Below are positions 29,413 through 38,193 of a stretch of DNA of 64,000 nucleotides, in pieces. Positions within the stretch are counted from its first letter, which is position 1; the number at the start of each line of letters is the position of its first letter. The position numbers and the translations under genes are program-made. The stretch is taken from positions 1,568,001-1,632,000 of the forward strand of contig OZ243916.1 of NCBI GenBank assembly GCA_965213675.1, read 5' to 3'. The DNA is from an uncultured Candidatus Binatia bacterium (lineage in GTDB: Bacteria > Desulfobacterota > Binatia > UBA9968 > JAJDTQ01). The notes under the pieces are model-generated. The model ran no database searches. It was given only the letters and a program-made list of their open reading frames with translations, and was not told the DNA's origin.

Positions 29413-30153
29413 TCACGCCACGGAACGCATTGCCGCGCCTGCCGACTCCGTAGCCAGCACCCGGTCGAGGAAGTTCGTGGCCAGCGGCCAGGTCAGTTTG
29501 GCCAAGGCGGGATCGTAGGCGTCGCCGTCGGCCAAGGCAAAGCCGTGCCCGGCCCGCGGGAAGAAATGCCACTCCACGTCCGGCGTGCCTTCCAGGAAGC
29601 ACCCGCGCAGCTTCTCCTGCACCGGCACCGGCGCCACCCGGTCCTGACCGCCGAACAGGACCATGGACGGACAGTGTATTTCACGCGCGGCGTCGTTGGG
29701 ATGGCGCGGCCGCAACGCGCTGGGACTCTCGTCCCGCACCGAGGGATAGTAGCCCAGGAACGCGGCGGCCTCGGGCGTGGCCGCGGCGAAGTGAATGCCG
29801 ATACGACCACCCATGCACAGGCCCATCACCGCCACACGATTCTCGTCCACATCGTCCCGCCCGCAAAGGTAGCGCCAACCCTGGCCGATGACCTCCACGA
29901 AACGCCCGTCCGTGGTCTGCTTCTGGACACCGTGGTAGTCCGGGAAGCCCAGCATGTCATAGAGCGCGGGAACCATGGTGGCGTATCCTGCCTCGGCGAA
30001 CTCGCAGGCCATGTGTTTGATGTGGCCCGTGACGCCGTAGTGATGATGGATGATGAGCAGCGCCGGTCCCGGCGCCGACCTCTCCGGGGAAGCGATGAAA
30101 CCCGGCACTCCATCCTGTTCCTGCGTCAGCGCGCGCGTGATGATCTTCGACAT
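29413..30153 (-). CDS. Dienelactone hydrolase family protein
   Basis: GLCMGG nucleophile motif, GGQD and AGHGF. Confidence 0.9.
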   Translation of the reverse strand: MSKIITRALTQEQDGVPGFIASPERSAPGPALLIIHHHYGVTGHIKHMACEFAEAGYATMVPALYDMLGFPDYHGVQKQTTDGRFVEVIGQGWRYLCGRDDVDENRVAVMGLCMGGRIGIHFAAATPEAAAFLGYYPSVRDESPSALRPRHPNDAAREIHCPSMVLFGGQDRVAPVPVQEKLRGCFLEGTPDVEWHFFPRAGHGFALADGDAYDPALAKLTWPLATNFLDRVLATESAGAAMRSVA

Positions 30154-30280
30154 GAGGTCCCCTTCCAGAAAATTCGCGCAATGCGGCGATCATGCCCGCG
30201 ATACCGCCGGCCGTCAATCTCGCCGGCCCGCGCGGGCGTACTGGCGAGTGCCAACTCGGGCGCCACCGCAAGCGAATTCA

Positions 30281-31351
30281 TCAAAAGCCGTACAAGCGCG
30301 CTGGGTTGTCGCTCAGAATCTTGTCGGCCACGCCGGCGGCGAGGACGCCGTCCTGCGACAGTTTGGCGATGGCTTCCATATCGTTGGAATAGTCCGCGTG
30401 CCCGTAGTCGGTGCCGACAATGATGCTGTCCTCGCCCGCATATTCCAGCACGTACGGGAGATCGTCCGTGGTCTGGCACGCCACGTAGATGCGGTTGTCG
30501 CGGAGCAGGTGCTTGTCCGACAGTTCCCGGGGCGCGCCGCGCACGCCGGCCAGGGCGCTGCCGGCGTGTTTGCGCCGAAACGCCAACTCGGCCGCGGTGC
30601 GTATCTGCAGGTCGTTCAGCGCGTAGGGAACCCACTGGGAGGTGGCTTCGACGAAGCACCAGCGCAGATCCGGGAATTTGTCGGGAACACCCTTGTAGAT
30701 GAGATTGTTGAACGCCCCCACGGTGGAAAGCTTGAAGCGCGAGAACGTGTCTTGGAGGAACAGGTCGTAGTGGTCGAAGCTGCCCCCGCCGGCATGCACG
30801 CACATGGGGAGGTCGAGGTCGCTGGCCTCCTGGTATATGGGAAACAGCGTGTCGTCGGAGAGCAGCCGCCCGGCCTCGATGCCGTGCATGAAGACGCCGC
30901 AGGCGCCGTTTGCCTTGCCGAAGTGAATCTCTTCGATGGCCCGGTCCATGGAACGCAGCGGCGCCAGCACCACCCAGCGCAGGCGCCCTCCCCCTTGCTT
31001 CCAGATCTCCGCCAGCCAGCGATTGTAGCCCCGGTACAGCGCCCGCTCCACCTCGGCCCGCGCGGTCAGGGGCCGCAGGAACAGGGTGGGGTAGATCACC
31101 TGGACGTCCACGGACAGCTCGTCCATGTGGGCGATGCGCGCGCCCACGTCGGCCAACTCTCGGGATTCCGCGGTGGTGTTGAGGCCGATATTGGTATTGG
31201 GCACGACGCGCTCGTCGATGCGCCAGTAACGCAACCCCGTGCCTTGCGACACCACCAGGTCGGGGGCGAGGTGGCGGTCCTCCTCGGCCATGAACTCCCA
31301 GGTCTGTTCGTTCTCGATGACGTGCGCATCGGCGTCTATGAACATGGACAT
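30281..31351 (-). CDS. Amidohydrolase_2 family protein
   Basis: IDADAH, CVH, VEA...W and GTDYGHAD. Confidence 0.88.
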   Translation of the reverse strand: MSMFIDADAHVIENEQTWEFMAEEDRHLAPDLVVSQGTGLRYWRIDERVVPNTNIGLNTTAESRELADVGARIAHMDELSVDVQVIYPTLFLRPLTARAEVERALYRGYNRWLAEIWKQGGGRLRWVVLAPLRSMDRAIEEIHFGKANGACGVFMHGIEAGRLLSDDTLFPIYQEASDLDLPMCVHAGGGSFDHYDLFLQDTFSRFKLSTVGAFNNLIYKGVPDKFPDLRWCFVEATSQWVPYALNDLQIRTAAELAFRRKHAGSALAGVRGAPRELSDKHLLRDNRIYVACQTTDDLPYVLEYAGEDSIIVGTDYGHADYSNDMEAIAKLSQDGVLAAGVADKILSDNPARLYGF

Positions 31352-31564
31352 CGTCGTTTCCCTCCAGCGGATTGGTTGGGCCCGGTATCGGGCCGGCGCA
31401 AGCTCCTGGCCAAGACTCATTCTCGCCCAGGAGGCCGTGAAGGTTCAACCCGGCGGCCCTCGCGCATCGTCACTCCATTTGATACAGATTCGACACGTCG
31501 GCCCGGCTGGCTCGCGATCCTTGCGGCGCCATGCGCCGGAACCGGCAGAACGGGAGGTGGACTC

Positions 31565-32413
31565 ATGGCACAGGCAGGCTACGCGCGCCCGGACCTGTTG
31601 ACGGAGACGGACTGGCTGGAGCAGCATCTCGACGACCCGGATCTCCGCATCGTCGACTGCGATCCCTACGACGCCTACCGCCGCGCGCACATCAAGGGCG
31701 CGGTGGGCATTCGCGTGCATCACTACATCAAGCAGCCGGAATACCCCACGGACCCGCGCAAGTACCCGCTGGTGGCGCCCCCGGATACGGCCAGGGAGGT
31801 GCTGGAGAGCCTGGGCATCGGCGAAGGCACCCGCGTCGTGGCCTACGACAGCAACGGATCGCTGTGGGCCGCGCGCCTGTGGTGGGTGTTGCGCTACTAC
31901 GGCCACACCGAAGTGACGGTGCTCAACGGCGGCTGGCAGAAGTGGTTCGACGAAGGACGTCCGACGACCCTCGACGTGCCCGCTCCCGCCTCCGCGACCT
32001 TCCATCCCAAGGCCAACCCGGACTGGGTGTGCACCGTGGACTACGGCGCCGCCCATGTCGGCAACCCGGACGTGGTGTTCCTGGACGTGCGCTCGGACGG
32101 CGAATGGACGGGCGCCAACAACCGCGGCAACCGGCGCGCCGGCCGCATCCCCGGGGCCGTGCACCTGGAATGGCTCAATTTCGTCCACGACAAGCCCTAT
32201 CGGACCTTCAAGGAGGCCGGAGAGTTGCGGAGCCTTTTGGAGCAAGCGGGCGTTCCGCCTGATCGTGAAGTGGTCACCTATTGACAGGGCGGCATCCGTG
32301 CGGCGCACGGAGTCTTCGTCCTGACACTGATGGGTTACGAACGGGCGCGCAACTACGACGGCTCCATGGCCGAATGGGCGAACCGCGACGACACGCCGCT
32401 CGTGCGCGAGTGA
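31565..32413 (+). CDS. Two-domain rhodanese/3-mercaptopyruvate sulfurtransferase, probable selenoprotein (Sec at in-frame TGA 32282-32284)
   Basis: IVDC, AARLWW.L, LNGG...W, LDVRS..E, GRIPGA and EVVTY-[TGA]-QGGIRAA...GYERARNYDGSMAEWANRDDTPL. The TGA occupies the catalytic Cys position, and the conserved C-terminus continues in frame to the TGA at 32411-32413. Confidence 0.88.
32285..32323 (+). promoter_or_regulatory. Putative bacterial SECIS element
   Basis: Upper stem TCCGTGC/GCACGGA (32295-32311) with a GGC loop starting 18 nt after the UGA. Lower stem CAGGGCGG/TCGTCCTG. Confidence 0.7.
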
Positions 32414-32536
32414 GTCGCCTTGCCGCACGCACGCCGTTGGCAACGACCCGCCGCGTGGCGCACCGGCTGATGGGCGGGGGCGCCAACGACGGCAGTGGCA
32501 TGGCTTCTGCCAGCGCCCGTGCCTGAACCGTTGCTC

Positions 32537-33418
32537 ATGACGCTCGAAGAAAGGGAAATCGTCGTGCGCAGGACGCGCGACCACCGTCGGGCGGAGGAGT
32601 GGGCACTGGTGCTGGAGGCGGAAGGCCTGACGCCGCGGCTGTCGCACACGACCAGTGGATGGGTCCTGTCGGTGCCCGCCCATCACCTGGAGCGGGCCGC
32701 CACCGAACTGTGGGCGTACGAGAGCGAGAACCGCGCCGCCCCGGTGGATGAAGATCAGCCTTGGGCGGGGCGGGCTCCGTTCCACACCGGGCTCGGCGTT
32801 GCCGCGGGGTTGATCGCGTTCTTCCTCTTCGCCGCGTGGACTCAGGAAACCGTGCGCTGGGTGGAGCACGGCAACGCGTCGGCCGACTGGATCCTGCGCG
32901 GCCAACTGTGGCGCACGGTCACCGCCCTCACCCTGCACGGCGACTTCCCCCATGTGGCTTCCAACGCGGTGGCCCTGGTCTTCTTCCTGACCGCGGTGTG
33001 CCGTTCCCTGGGGCCCGGGTTGGGCGCGGCCATGGTGCTCGGGGTCGGCGCGCTGGGCAACCTCTTCAACGCCTGGTTTCACGGCTTCGCCCACCAGTCC
33101 GTGGGCGCCTCCACCGCGGTGTTCGGCGCCCTGGGCCTGCTGGGCGCCATCGGCGTCGTCGAGCGCCAGCGGCTCGGGATGCAAGGACGGCGCGCCTGGG
33201 TGCCGTTGGCCGCGGGGGTAGGGATTCTCGCCATGCTCGGCACGGGCGGCCCGCGCGTGGACCTTTGGGCGCATTTCTGGGGCTTCGGCGCCGGCGCCGG
33301 CGCGGGTATCTGCGCGGCCTTGTTCATGGAGCGGCCGGAAAGCGCCACGGCGCAACTCAGGATCGGCGTGGCCGCCGCCGGCGTGGTGGTGCTGTGCTGG
33401 ATCGTGGCGCTGGCGTAA
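32537..33418 (+). CDS. Rhomboid intramembrane serine protease
   Basis: WR.VTAL.LH...H...N, catalytic GAST and AH in the later TM segment, plus an N-terminal soluble domain. Confidence 0.9.
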   Translation: MTLEEREIVVRRTRDHRRAEEWALVLEAEGLTPRLSHTTSGWVLSVPAHHLERAATELWAYESENRAAPVDEDQPWAGRAPFHTGLGVAAGLIAFFLFAAWTQETVRWVEHGNASADWILRGQLWRTVTALTLHGDFPHVASNAVALVFFLTAVCRSLGPGLGAAMVLGVGALGNLFNAWFHGFAHQSVGASTAVFGALGLLGAIGVVERQRLGMQGRRAWVPLAAGVGILAMLGTGGPRVDLWAHFWGFGAGAGAGICAALFMERPESATAQLRIGVAAAGVVVLCWIVALA

Positions 33419-33638
33419 TGTCCGTCCCGTCCGATGGCCTCGCGTTTTGGCCTTTGCGCTGTCCCGGCGCGACGCTCGGGACGAACGCTTCCACGACGTT
33501 CAGGACCCGCTCTGTCCGTTGTCGGTTCATGCCAGCAGACTCGCGCGAGGGTCCGCGACGAAACGAACCTTGACAACGGTTCCCTGGGAGCTGGCGCCGC
33601 AGGGCAACGTCCCGCGGGCGAAAGAGAAAGGATCGATC

Positions 33639-34403
33639 ATGGGTTTGCTGGATCAGAAGGTGATCATCGTCACCGGCGGGGGCCACGGCATCGGCCGAGC
33701 CTATTGCCTGGGCATTGCCCGCGAGGGGGGTGCGCCCGTAGCCGCGGACATCGACGGGGACGCCGCGCAGTCCGTGGCGCGGGAGGTTGCCGGAAGCGGC
33801 GGACAGGGCCTCGGCACGCGCACGAACGTGGCGGACTCCGGGAGTTGCCAGGCCATGGTCCAGGCAACCCTGGAGCGGTTCGGACGTATCGACGGGTTGG
33901 TGAACAACGCCGCGGTGTTCATGAGCGTGCCGGTGACGCGCTCGGGCTTCCAGGACATCCGCGAGGAGGAATGGGACCAGGTGATGGCGGTGAACGTCAA
34001 GGGGCTGTGGCTATGCAGCCGCGCCGTGGTCCCGGCCATGCAGGAACGCGGGCAGGGCAGCATCGTCAACATCGCTTCCAACATGGCCTACAACGGCGGC
34101 GCCGGCATGATGCACTACGTCGTGTCCAAGGCGGCGGTGGTAGGCTTCACGCGGGTGCTGGCGCGGGAGTTGGGGCCGGACAACATCCGCGTGAACACCC
34201 TGGCGCCGGGCTCCACCGCAAGCGAAACCGAGCCCACCGGCGCCGCTTTGGAGGACTACCGGCGCTCCGCGTCCAAGCGCATTCTGCAACGCATCGAGAA
34301 GCCCGAGGACGTGGTGGGAACCGCGCTGTACCTCCTGTCCGATCTGAGCGCCTTCGTCACGGGCCAGTCCATTCTCGTGAACGGCGGCGCCAACCTGCAT
34401 TGA
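33639..34403 (+). CDS. Short-chain dehydrogenase/reductase
   Basis: TGGGHGIG, NNAA, YVVSK and IRVNTLAPG. Confidence 0.95.
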   Translation: MGLLDQKVIIVTGGGHGIGRAYCLGIAREGGAPVAADIDGDAAQSVAREVAGSGGQGLGTRTNVADSGSCQAMVQATLERFGRIDGLVNNAAVFMSVPVTRSGFQDIREEEWDQVMAVNVKGLWLCSRAVVPAMQERGQGSIVNIASNMAYNGGAGMMHYVVSKAAVVGFTRVLARELGPDNIRVNTLAPGSTASETEPTGAALEDYRRSASKRILQRIEKPEDVVGTALYLLSDLSAFVTGQSILVNGGANLH

Positions 34404-34463
34404 AGCCTTCCCCGGGGAGCCGGCCGCTTCAAGACGCCTGCGGCAGCGCGGCATTCCCCTATC

Positions 34464-34514
34464 CCGGATTCCCGCTCCCGATCAAGGTCGGGGACGGACT
34501 TTCGCGGGAATGAC
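34464..34514. repeat. REP-like palindrome, copy 2, with nested inner hairpin
   Basis: GGATTCCCGC-TCCCGATCAAGGTCGGGGACGGAC-TTTCGCGGGAATGAC. Confidence 0.7.
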
Positions 34515-34644
34515 ACACAAAGGATGCGGCGATGACGGAAGACCCGAATCCGGGATGACGAGGGAGCAACCCGACTCTTGAAGTTGCCTGGACTGGCAAC
34601 CACGCGGCGCATCGCGTAGACTGAAACCAAGCTAAAGCTGCGTT

Positions 34645-34716
34645 TTGTCACACAAGTGGTCACACATGTGGTCGTGCATCTTGTCGTGCATCTTGTCATG
34701 CATGTTGTGACGCATC
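34645..34716. repeat. Six degenerate 12-bp tandem repeats upstream of fprA
   Basis: TTGTCACACAAG TGGTCACACATG TGGTCGTGCATC TTGTCGTGCATC TTGTCATGCATG TTGTGACGCATC. Confidence 0.8.
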
Positions 34717-34759
34717 CACGCACATCCACCGCACGGGAAAGCCGCCAAGGGATTTCCGC

Positions 34760-36166
34760 ATGCCAGACGCAGGAACCGACGACCATCCATTGCGAATTGC
34801 CATCATCGGGTCCGGTCCGGCGGGCTTCTATGTGGTGGAGCGATTCTTTCGCGAGAAGGGCCTGAACGTCGAAATTGACATGTTCGACGAGTTGGCGACG
34901 CCGTTCGGATTGGTACGGGGCGGCGTGGCCCCGGACCATCAGAAGATCAAGTCGGTGGTGCGGGTCTATGACCGGAGCGCCCGCAATGCCCGGTTCCGCT
35001 TCTACGGCAACGTGCGCTACGGCCGTGACCTGAGCCTTGAGGACCTCCGGTCCCACTACCACCAGATCTGCTTCACCACCGGGGCCCAGACCGACCGCGT
35101 CCTGGGCGTTCCAGGCGAGGACCTCCGGGGCAGCCACGCGGCCACCGAGTTCGTCGCGTGGTACAACGGCCACCCGGATTACCGCGACCGCAGCTTCGAC
35201 CTGTCCGGCGAGGCCGCCGTGGTCATCGGCGTGGGCAACGTCGCCATCGACGTCGCGCGCATCCTGTGCCGCACCTACGAGGAGCTGGCGGTCACCGACA
35301 TCGCCGACTACGCACTGGCGGCGCTGCGAGAGAGTCGCATCCGCACCGTCCACCTCATCGGCCGCCGCGGCCCGGCCCAAGCCGCCTTCACCACCCCGGA
35401 GATCCAGGAGATGGGGGAGATGGCGGGCGCCGATGTGGCAGTGCTCCCCGAGGAGGCCCGGCTCGACGCTCTCAGCCAGACCGCCGTCGATGCTCATCCG
35501 GACAAGGCCCTGGTCCGAAAGATCGAGATCCTTCAGCGCTACGCCGCGCAGCCGTCCGCTGGCAAGCCACGCCGCCTCCATATCCGCTTTCTGCTGTCAC
35601 CCACCGAATTGATGGGCGATGCCGGCGGCCGCGTGCGAGGCGTCCGTCTGGCGCGGAACGTACTCTACGCGGACAACGGCTCTCTGCGGCCGCGCGCCAC
35701 CGGCGAGCACGAGACGCTTCCCGCGGACATCGTCTTCCGTTCCGTGGGCTACCTGGGAGTGCCGTTGCCGGGCGTGCCCTTCGATGAACGCCGGGGGGTG
35801 ATTCCCAACGACCGCGGCCGGGTGCTGACCGGACAAGGCGGCGAGCCCATGCCGGGCCTCTACGCCTCCGGGTGGATCAAGCGCGGGCCCAGCGGCGTCA
35901 TCGGCACCAACAAGCCCGACGCCGCCGAAACCGTGGAACGCATGCTGGAGGACCTGCGCGCCGGCGCCGTTCCCGCCCCCGTCCACCCCGGCGTGGCCGA
36001 CGCCGAGCGCCTGGTGCGCGAACGTCAACCCGATTACGTGTCCTACGAAGACTGGCTGCGCCTCGACCGGATTGAAACAGCCCGCGGCCAGGCGGCCGGA
36101 CGCCCGCGCGTCAAGCTCACGCGCACCGAGGACATGATCGCGGCACTGAAGGGCGCCGAGGGGTAG
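34760..36166 (+). CDS. fprA: Ferredoxin-NADP+ reductase, FprA/adrenodoxin reductase type
   Basis: IIGSGPAGFY, PFGLVRGGVAPDH, GVGNVAIDVAR, GRRGP.QAAFT and GWIKRGPSGVIGTN. Confidence 0.92.
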   Translation: MPDAGTDDHPLRIAIIGSGPAGFYVVERFFREKGLNVEIDMFDELATPFGLVRGGVAPDHQKIKSVVRVYDRSARNARFRFYGNVRYGRDLSLEDLRSHYHQICFTTGAQTDRVLGVPGEDLRGSHAATEFVAWYNGHPDYRDRSFDLSGEAAVVIGVGNVAIDVARILCRTYEELAVTDIADYALAALRESRIRTVHLIGRRGPAQAAFTTPEIQEMGEMAGADVAVLPEEARLDALSQTAVDAHPDKALVRKIEILQRYAAQPSAGKPRRLHIRFLLSPTELMGDAGGRVRGVRLARNVLYADNGSLRPRATGEHETLPADIVFRSVGYLGVPLPGVPFDERRGVIPNDRGRVLTGQGGEPMPGLYASGWIKRGPSGVIGTNKPDAAETVERMLEDLRAGAVPAPVHPGVADAERLVRERQPDYVSYEDWLRLDRIETARGQAAGRPRVKLTRTEDMIAALKGAEG

Positions 36167-36189
36167 AAACCCGCGGGGGTGGGTCCGCC

Positions 36190-36216
36190 GTGGGGACGAC
36201 AGCGGGTCGCCCCTGC
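36190..36216. repeat. GTAG-type REP-like palindrome (degenerate)
   Basis: GTGGGGACGAC-AGCGG-GTCGCCCCTGC between convergent genes; relatives at 45268, 45310 and 46653. Confidence 0.5.
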
Positions 36217-36261
36217 CGTTCATCGCGCCTTGCCCGCGACGAAATTGCCTGCGCGGATTTG

Positions 36262-36972
36262 TCAAGGTATTCGTGCAACGCGATTCCCACCTTGGCCGGC
36301 CGCGGCCTGATCGGCCAGGACCACCGCGACGTCCGATGCCACGCGGCCCGCGGGGATGGCGGCGTCGCCGTCACACAGCCGCCGCAGCATCTCGCGCTTG
36401 TCCGCGCCGGTCACCACCCAGAGAATCCGCCGCGCGTTGTCGAGCGCCGGGCAGGTCAGGGTCATGCGCCGCCGGCCTTGGTACACGCCGGTTGCGGCCA
36501 CCGTTGCGTTCTGGATGGCGACTTCCGGCGCACCGGGCACCAATGACGCGGTGTGGCCGTCCGGTCCCAGCCCCAGATGCACCAGATCCAGCCGACCCGA
36601 GGGCGCGGTCAGCCGTCCCAGGGTTTCGGCGTACTCGCGCGCGGCCGCGTCCAGGTCGCGCGCCGCCACGGGCATGGCGTGTATCTGACCCGGCTTGAGG
36701 GGCGCTCGCGCCAGGCTCTCGCGCAGATGCGTCAGGTTCCGGTCCACATGGCCCTCGGGCGCCGCCCGCTCGTCCACCTGCACGATGTCCATCGCGTGCC
36801 ACGGCACGTCCTCGTCCACCAGCGCCCGCAGCATCACCCACGGGGTTCGGCCGCCGCTGGCGGCGAACACGAACCGGCCGCGCGCCGCCACGGCCGCGCG
36901 CGCGGCCTGCGCAATAAAGGCGGCCGCGCGCCGCGCCACCCTCTCGCTGTCCGGCAACACCTCGACCTCCAT
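36262..36972 (-). CDS. pgl: 6-phosphogluconolactonase
   Basis: SGGRTP, VDER, LGLGPDGHTASL and RRMTLT; follows gnd. Confidence 0.92.
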   Translation of the reverse strand: MEVEVLPDSERVARRAAAFIAQAARAAVAARGRFVFAASGGRTPWVMLRALVDEDVPWHAMDIVQVDERAAPEGHVDRNLTHLRESLARAPLKPGQIHAMPVAARDLDAAAREYAETLGRLTAPSGRLDLVHLGLGPDGHTASLVPGAPEVAIQNATVAATGVYQGRRRMTLTCPALDNARRILWVVTGADKREMLRRLCDGDAAIPAGRVASDVAVVLADQAAAGQGGNRVARIP

Positions 36973-36985
36973 GTCGGGCCCCCGG

Positions 36986-38005
36986 TTATTTCTTGCCCGG
37001 CAGCTCCTCGTGGCCGCCGAACTGGAAGCGCATGGCCGAGAGCAGCTTGTCGGCGTAATCCGCCTCGCCGCGGGAGCTGAAGCGCTCGAACAGCGCCGCG
37101 GTGAGCACATGGGCGGGCACCGCCTCGTCCACCGCCGCCTGGATGGTCCAGCGCCCTTCCCCGGAATCCGACACCCGCCCGGCGAAGCGCTCGAGGCCGG
37201 GATCCTCCAGCAGCGCGTTGGCGGTGAGGTCCAGGAGCCACGAAGCCACGACGCTGCCGCGGCGCCACAACTCCGCCACCTCGCCCAGATCGAAGTCGTA
37301 TTGATAGTGCTCCGGCTCCCGCAGCGGAGTCTGCTCCGCGCTGGCCTCGCCGCCCTGCTTGCCCACGTTGGCATGCTTGAGGATGTTGAAGCCCTCGGCG
37401 TAGGCCGCCATGATGCCGTACTCGATGCCGTTGTGGATCATCTTGACGAAGTGGCCGGCGCCGTTGGGGCCGCAGTGCAGGTAGCCGTTTTCGGCGGTCC
37501 CCTTGCCCGGCTCCCGGCCCGGAGTGCGCGGCGCCTCGTCGATGCTGGGCGCCAACGCCGCGAAGATGGGATCGAGATGGCGCACCACGTCGGGCTCGCC
37601 GCCGATCATCTGGCAATAGCCCCGTTCCAGGCCCCACACGCCGCCGCTGGTGCCCACGTCCACATAGTGAATGCCCTTGGCCGCCAACTCCCGGGCGCGA
37701 CGGATGTCGTCGATGTAGTACGAGTTGCCGCCGTCGATGAGAATGTCGTCCTTCTCCAGGTGCTCGACGCAGGACTCGATGGTGCGGTCCACCACGGCCG
37801 CCGGCACCATCATCCACAACGCCCGCGGCCTGTCGAGCTTCGCCATCAGATCCGCCAGCGAGCCGCTTCCCACCGCACCGTCCGCCACCAGTCCCTGGAC
37901 GGCGTCGGCGTGCCTGTCGAAGGCCACCACCTGGTGTCCGGCCTTGATCAGCCGCCGCGCCATGTTGCCGCCCATCCTTCCCAAACCGATGATGCCCAAC
38001 TGCAT
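36986..38005 (-). CDS. gnd: 6-phosphogluconate dehydrogenase (decarboxylating, short form)
   Basis: [39 protein letters not shown] and AMRFQFGGH. Confidence 0.96.
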   Translation of the reverse strand: MQLGIIGLGRMGGNMARRLIKAGHQVVAFDRHADAVQGLVADGAVGSGSLADLMAKLDRPRALWMMVPAAVVDRTIESCVEHLEKDDILIDGGNSYYIDDIRRARELAAKGIHYVDVGTSGGVWGLERGYCQMIGGEPDVVRHLDPIFAALAPSIDEAPRTPGREPGKGTAENGYLHCGPNGAGHFVKMIHNGIEYGIMAAYAEGFNILKHANVGKQGGEASAEQTPLREPEHYQYDFDLGEVAELWRRGSVVASWLLDLTANALLEDPGLERFAGRVSDSGEGRWTIQAAVDEAVPAHVLTAALFERFSSRGEADYADKLLSAMRFQFGGHEELPGKK

Positions 38006-38193
38006 GCCGACCTCCTTCAGTGCAACCGTTTCAGTGCAACCGTTTTCGCACTTCCGGTCTCCCCACCCGTCTCTCGCCCCGTGGAGACCGAACAGACGGT
38101 TGGCATCTTAGCATACCCGGCCGGGCCGGGATGCACCGCCGTTCCCACCCGGACCGTGGCATTGACTCTCGGGATGCGATAGAGTGGCGCGCC

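Noticed and set aside
30050-32284. 744-aa ORF, or a sulfurtransferase pseudogene with a premature stop
   Set aside because: The first 505 codons are mostly antisense to an amidohydrolase. The stop falls exactly on the catalytic Cys and is followed by a SECIS-like hairpin, so recoding fits better than decay.
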